Source: an uncultured Planctomycetaceae bacterium | GTDB lineage: Bacteria; Planctomycetota; Planctomycetia; Planctomycetales; Planctomycetaceae | Direction of reading: 5' to 3' | Assembly (NCBI GenBank): GCA_963976765.1 | Contig: CAXBME010000029.1 | Coordinates: forward strand, 62,001 to 114,080 | Length of the DNA: 52,080 bases | Shown: piece after piece, positions 47,750 to 52,080 of the stretch | Layout: each line of letters opens with the position of its first letter | How positions within the stretch are numbered: position 1 is the first letter of the stretch | Position numbers and translations under genes: made by a program | Notes under the pieces: model-generated | Database searches by the model: none | The model's input: only the letters and a program-made list of their open reading frames with translations | Told to the model about the DNA's origin: nothing

Positions 47750-49612
47750 CTACTCGACAGTCACGCTCTTGGCGAGGTTTCGAGGGCGGTCAACGTTGCA
47801 ACCGCGGAGCAGGGCGACGTGGTAAGCCAGAAGTTGCAGAGGGATGGACGTGACCAGCGGCTGGAGGAATTCGTCGACTTCCGGAACGTAGATGACGTCG
47901 TCGGCCATTTCTTTCACGCGGGTGTCGCCTTCGCAGGCGATCGCGATCACCGGGCCGCGGCGAGCTTTTACTTCTTCCAGATTGCTCATCACCTTTGGGT
48001 AGATGCCACCCTTGGGGATGACGAAAACGCTTGGCGTTTTCTCATCAACCAGGGCGATCGGTCCGTGCTTCATTTCCGCAGCGGGGTAGCCTTCCGCGTG
48101 GATGTAGCTGATTTCTTTCAGCTTGAGAGCGCCTTCAAGTGCGGCCGGAAAGTTGTACAGCCGACCGAGATACAAGAAGTTGTCGAAGCCGTAGTACTTG
48201 TCGGCGACGGCCTGAACCTGCTCGTGACACTTTAGAGTCTGCTCCAGAACGGACGGCATATCACGGAGCTGGTTGAGCATTCTCTTTCCGGCTGGGTAGG
48301 ACAGCCCCCGCATTCGGCCAAAGTAGATGGCCAGCAGCGTCAGAGCCGTGACCTGCGAAGTGAATGCCTTGGTTGAGGCGACTCCGATTTCAGGACCAGC
48401 GTGCAGAAAGATGCCGCCGTCTGATTCACGAGCGATCGTCGAGCCAACCACGTTGCAGATGGCGAGGCTGCGATGCCCTTTTCGTTTGCACTCTCGCAGT
48501 GCTGCCAGCGTGTCGGCAGTTTCTCCACTCTGCGTGATGGCAAACACCATCGTGTTCTGTGTCATAGGCGGATTGCGGTACCGCAACTCGCTGGCGTACT
48601 CGACTTCGGTCGGAATTCGAGCGAACTCTTCCAGCAGGTATTCGCCCACCAGTCCGGCATGCCAGCTTGTTCCACAGGCGGTTAGAACGACGCGGTCAAC
48701 CTGTCTGAGTTGCTGAGGATCGATGTTCAGGCCGCCGAATTTTGCCGTTGCCGCATCGTCGTCGATCCGACCTCGCATGCAGTTTTCGAGTGCTTCCGGC
48801 TGCTCGAAGATTTCCTTCAGCATGTAGTGGTCGTAACGTCCAAGATCGAGATCGTTGGCGACCTGATCGAGGACGTGAATTGCCGGCTGCTGTTTCCCGG
48901 TGTCACGGTGGTGAAGTTCGAGACCTTCCGGACGCAGAACGGCGAGTTCGTTATCTGACAGATAAACAACTTCGTCCGTGTAACCGACCAGCGGGCTGGC
49001 ATCGCTGGCTAGAAAGTATTCGTCTTCGCCGACACCGATAACCATAGGGCTGCCGACGCGAGCCGCGATCAGAAGGTTGGGGAACTCGCGGAACAGCACA
49101 CCAATTCCGTAGGTTCCCTTGAACTCGTTCAGCGAGGCTTCAATGGCCTTCAGGCAGGTATCGGATGATTCGGGGTCGCCGCCGAGTTTGATCTGCTCCA
49201 GCCACTTGTGGCAGATCATGTGGGCGATGACTTCGCTGTCGGTCGTCGTGCGGAAAACGTAACCGATTGTCTGGAGCTGAGCTTTCAGTCTGGCGTAATT
49301 CTCGATCACTCCGTTGTGGACGATAACGACTTCGCCATTGCCGCCGACATGGGGGTGCGAGTTCAGGTCGGTTGTTTCACCATGAGTCGCCCATCGCGTG
49401 TGTCCGATTCCGGTTGTCCCGTCGAGCGGATTGGTGGTTACAAGCTGGCTGAGTTCTTCGACACGCCCTTTGCGTTTGCGAATGCCGATTTCGCCGTTGT
49501 TCTGGATGGCGATACCTGCACTGTCGTATCCGCGATATTCCAGACGTCGCAGACCCTCAAGTAGAAATTCGGGAGCCGAACGAAATCCAACGTAACCGAC
49601 GATACCACACAT
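47750..49612 (-). CDS. glmS: Glutamine--fructose-6-phosphate transaminase (isomerizing)
   Basis: MCGIVG, LEYRGYDSAG, GHTRWATHG, SQSGETADT-like motif, GPEIGVASTKAF, C-terminal PRNLAKSVTVE. Confidence 0.98.
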   Translation of the reverse strand: MCGIVGYVGFRSAPEFLLEGLRRLEYRGYDSAGIAIQNNGEIGIRKRKGRVEELSQLVTTNPLDGTTGIGHTRWATHGETTDLNSHPHVGGNGEVVIVHNGVIENYARLKAQLQTIGYVFRTTTDSEVIAHMICHKWLEQIKLGGDPESSDTCLKAIEASLNEFKGTYGIGVLFREFPNLLIAARVGSPMVIGVGEDEYFLASDASPLVGYTDEVVYLSDNELAVLRPEGLELHHRDTGKQQPAIHVLDQVANDLDLGRYDHYMLKEIFEQPEALENCMRGRIDDDAATAKFGGLNIDPQQLRQVDRVVLTACGTSWHAGLVGEYLLEEFARIPTEVEYASELRYRNPPMTQNTMVFAITQSGETADTLAALRECKRKGHRSLAICNVVGSTIARESDGGIFLHAGPEIGVASTKAFTSQVTALTLLAIYFGRMRGLSYPAGKRMLNQLRDMPSVLEQTLKCHEQVQAVADKYYGFDNFLYLGRLYNFPAALEGALKLKEISYIHAEGYPAAEMKHGPIALVDEKTPSVFVIPKGGIYPKVMSNLEEVKARRGPVIAIACEGDTRVKEMADDVIYVPEVDEFLQPLVTSIPLQLLAYHVALLRGCNVDRPRNLAKSVTVE

Positions 49613-49920
49613 GTGGAACGCTCCATCGCTTGGGGACAGGACAAGGTGCAGGGAAGTAACGACTCGACAAGAACTGCCGGGCAGGAAATGGAAGGTGCGG
49701 GAAGCTATGCGTGAATGCGGATGAGCGTCAAGATGAGTCGTTCGACGCTGACGTCGTGCTGACGCACTGCTGTTTTTGTGATTCAGGGTTTGTGATAAGT
49801 CTTTTGGGTTTAATTGGTTATGGTGAGTGCGGGTGTTTTTTTTCGTGGGGTTCTAGAATGTGGCCGCCGGAAGTCAATTGCGCCATGTGTTCTACCGGCG
49901 TTTTTTCAGGTGAGATGTTC

Positions 49921-50646
49921 ATGAAGTTTCTTGTGACGAATGACGACGGGATTGACGCTCCGGGGATCCGAGCATTGGTTCGTGCTGCCAGCCGGTTTGG
50001 GGAAGTGGTTGTCGTTGGCCCCGAGGAAGCGCATTCAGGCTGCGGGCATCGCGTGACGACCGGTGAGTCGATTTCGGTCCGTTTACTCGAAACTGGCTGG
50101 TGGGCAATTGGTGGCACGCCTGCCGATTGCACTCGTGTCGGCCTGCGGGAGATCGCCAGCGACTGTGACTGGGTTCTCGCTGGAGTCAACGCGGGTGCGA
50201 ATCTGGGTGTCGACGTTTTCATGTCTGGAACCGTCGCGGCTGTTCGAGAAGCGGCGTTGCTGGGGCGGCCTGGCATTGCGTTCTCGCATTATCGGGCAAG
50301 AGAAGGGGCGTTCGATTGGGGGTATGCCGCCGGGGTGGCAGAGCGAGTAATGGAGAGGATTCTGTCCGATTCGACCGAGGCCGGATGCTTCTGGAATGTG
50401 AACATGCCGGACCTGTCCGTCGACCGGGACAATTCTGCCGACACTGAAGGTCGGGCGTCACGAATCGTGCAACCTGAGTTGATCGATTGTCCGGTCGGGC
50501 GAGGGCATCTTCCTGTCGACTTTGTTCGAGACGGGAGCACCCTGACATACCGCGGCATTTACCAGGAACGGCCGCGCGAAACAGGCGATGATGTCGACGT
50601 TTGCTTTGGCGGGAATGTCGCGGTGACGCGAATGGGAATCTGGTAG
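49921..50646 (+). CDS. surE: 5'/3'-nucleotidase SurE
   Basis: MKFLVTNDDGI.APGI, SG, GTPADC, G.N.G.NLG.DV..SGTVAA..EA, WNVN.P. Confidence 0.93.
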   Translation: MKFLVTNDDGIDAPGIRALVRAASRFGEVVVVGPEEAHSGCGHRVTTGESISVRLLETGWWAIGGTPADCTRVGLREIASDCDWVLAGVNAGANLGVDVFMSGTVAAVREAALLGRPGIAFSHYRAREGAFDWGYAAGVAERVMERILSDSTEAGCFWNVNMPDLSVDRDNSADTEGRASRIVQPELIDCPVGRGHLPVDFVRDGSTLTYRGIYQERPRETGDDVDVCFGGNVAVTRMGIW

Positions 50647-50850
50647 GGCGTGTCACGTCGTGCAGGTTCGGTGAGATTGTGCACGTTCCAATTAAGCAAT
50701 GAAGATACCTCGCCTTGCTCCGCATGAGCTTCTGAGTGGTAAGTTTTTCCGGAGAACGGGGGCGGAATGCGCGGATGAAGTCTCGCTATTCGTTCCGGGA
50801 AGCAGGTCTTCAGAATGCGAACCGGGCCAGTCCAATGGGAGAGTGGAGAA

Positions 50851-51849
50851 ATGCAAAGCAGGATCAGCGGCTCGGCCAGTCAGCTTCGCGAGACCGGAGC
50901 CGCACTCGGTCAGGTGCCGATTGTGCCCATGGGGACCGTGCTTGTGGACCTGGCTCAGGTTTTTGCTCGGCATGAAACTCAGCATGTCCTGGTTCAGGAA
51001 TCGTCTGGTGGCCTGCTGGGAATTGTTTCGGCAGATGATCTTCAGAATGCCATGAGGACAGCGGCTGAAACTGATCTGACGGCATGGCATCATCGAACGG
51101 TTGAGTCGCTGATTTCAGTAACGCTCGAAATGGACGAGCCTGACTCAGAGAAGAAGTCAGCCGAGAATCGTACAACAGCCTCCGAACTGGATTGCGTTTC
51201 GATTCGGGACGGCGCCGACCTGCTGGCTTTGATGACAAATGAAGATGTTCTGCTGAGTTGGAATCGTCTGGAACCAGCGCTCGCTCGAGCAGCTACCGAC
51301 GCGCTGACCAGTCTGCCGAACCGTGCTCACTTCGAACGGCGGTTTCAGGAAGAATGGCAGCGAGCGTCGCGTCTTGGTTTGACGCTCGGCATACTGATCA
51401 TCGACGTCGACCACTTCAAGCAGATCAACGACACCTTCGGGCATCTCCGAGGGGACATGGTTCTGGCAGCAGTGGCTCAATGTTGCCAGAAGCAGCTTCG
51501 GTCGTACGACCTGGTTGCACGTTTTGCTGGCGACGAATTTGTCGCGGTGACCTGCGGTTGCAGCGTCGACGACATTGATCTGCCGATCCGCCGTCTGCAG
51601 GAATCGATTCGCTCGCTGGATCTTCAATTCAACGGTGAACACGTACCGACGTCATTGTCGATCGGCGCGTCCGTGGTCTGTTCGGGGCTGGATCGGCTGT
51701 CTGCTGACGATTTGCTCGAATCCGCCGACCAATGTCTCTATCGAGCAAAACGCGCCGGTCGCAATCGTGCCTACAGAGTCGAACTTTTCGGCGACGGAAC
51801 ATCCGGTATCTTGGCTCGCGTCGACGCTTCGCCGCAGCCTGCAGAGTAG
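50851..51849 (+). CDS. Diguanylate cyclase (AGDEF variant) with degenerate N-terminal CBS-like region
   Basis: TD.LT.LPNR, IDVDHFK.INDTFGH..GD, RSYD (I-site) then ARFAGDEF, T.SIG, AD..LY.AK..GRN; GGAG before ATG 50851. Confidence 0.9.
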   Translation: MQSRISGSASQLRETGAALGQVPIVPMGTVLVDLAQVFARHETQHVLVQESSGGLLGIVSADDLQNAMRTAAETDLTAWHHRTVESLISVTLEMDEPDSEKKSAENRTTASELDCVSIRDGADLLALMTNEDVLLSWNRLEPALARAATDALTSLPNRAHFERRFQEEWQRASRLGLTLGILIIDVDHFKQINDTFGHLRGDMVLAAVAQCCQKQLRSYDLVARFAGDEFVAVTCGCSVDDIDLPIRRLQESIRSLDLQFNGEHVPTSLSIGASVVCSGLDRLSADDLLESADQCLYRAKRAGRNRAYRVELFGDGTSGILARVDASPQPAE

Positions 51850-51866
51850 TCTTGTGTAATGCTTAC

Positions 51867-52079
51867 TTAAGTGCGAAATGGATCTTCTCCGCGTGAGTGA
51901 AGACTTCGCAGGTTGAGATAAGCGGTGGCGCCAGTTGTTCCGAAACGCTCAGTAAGACGTGAGCGGCGGCGCGCTGCCTGCTCGGCTCTGCGTTTTCGGT
52001 CGCTGGGCTTTTCGTAGCAACCTATTGCTTCGTCAGAGCAAAATCTTTGGGTAGATGGATTTGAGTTTGCAGCGGGCGT
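51867..52079 (-). CDS. 3' part of a gene with a ribosomal protein bS21-like motif (5' end outside window)
   Basis: Frame is open from the window edge: ...CYEKPSDRKRRAEQAARRRSR...DPFRT*; YEKPS..(K/R)R is the bS21 signature, but the residues upstream of it are atypical. Confidence 0.45.
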   Translation of the reverse strand, partial: TPAANSNPSTQRFCSDEAIGCYEKPSDRKRRAEQAARRRSRLTERFGTTGATAYLNLRSLHSRGEDPFRT

Positions 52080-52080
52080 C

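Noticed and set aside
49613..49920. Possible glmS ribozyme or cobalamin riboswitch; short direct repeat aaggtgc(a)gggaag
   Set aside because: Core consensus elements of either RNA could not be found; the repeat alone is too short to support a call

Overview
A gene-dense window from a Planctomycetota (Planctomycetaceae-like) chromosome. The assignment is inferred from an LEPR-XLL-type export motif, a short secondary SecA, HEAT/TPR proteins and REP-like repeats. Most genes are housekeeping or metabolic: hppA (partial), rsfS, argS, scpA, purE-purK, purF, glmS, surE, a UbiA prenyltransferase, an M29 aminopeptidase, an acyltransferase and a selD fusion. I saw no transposase, integrase, prophage, CRISPR array, tRNA or rRNA. 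The most interesting loci are: (1) a MotA/TolQ channel followed by two giant ExbD/TolR-like coiled-coil proteins, only one of which keeps the conserved TM aspartate (39.8-45.0 kb); (2) a Tat-exported PCO/ADO-type thiol-dioxygenase cupin apparently co-transcribed with an oxidoreductase-SelD fusion; (3) a basic, AT-hook-like, duplicated-HTH candidate nucleoid protein; (4) a truncated SecA paralogue beside a giant LEPR-XLL/RTX/Calx-beta metalloprotease; (5) a degenerate PncC/CinA-nucleotidyltransferase fusion coupled to a PhyH dioxygenase. Also present but missing from the ORF track are two families of palindromic REP/REPIN elements, a frameshifted small membrane-protein gene and a bS21-like partial ORF. 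All calls come from reading motifs by eye; no database searches were run.
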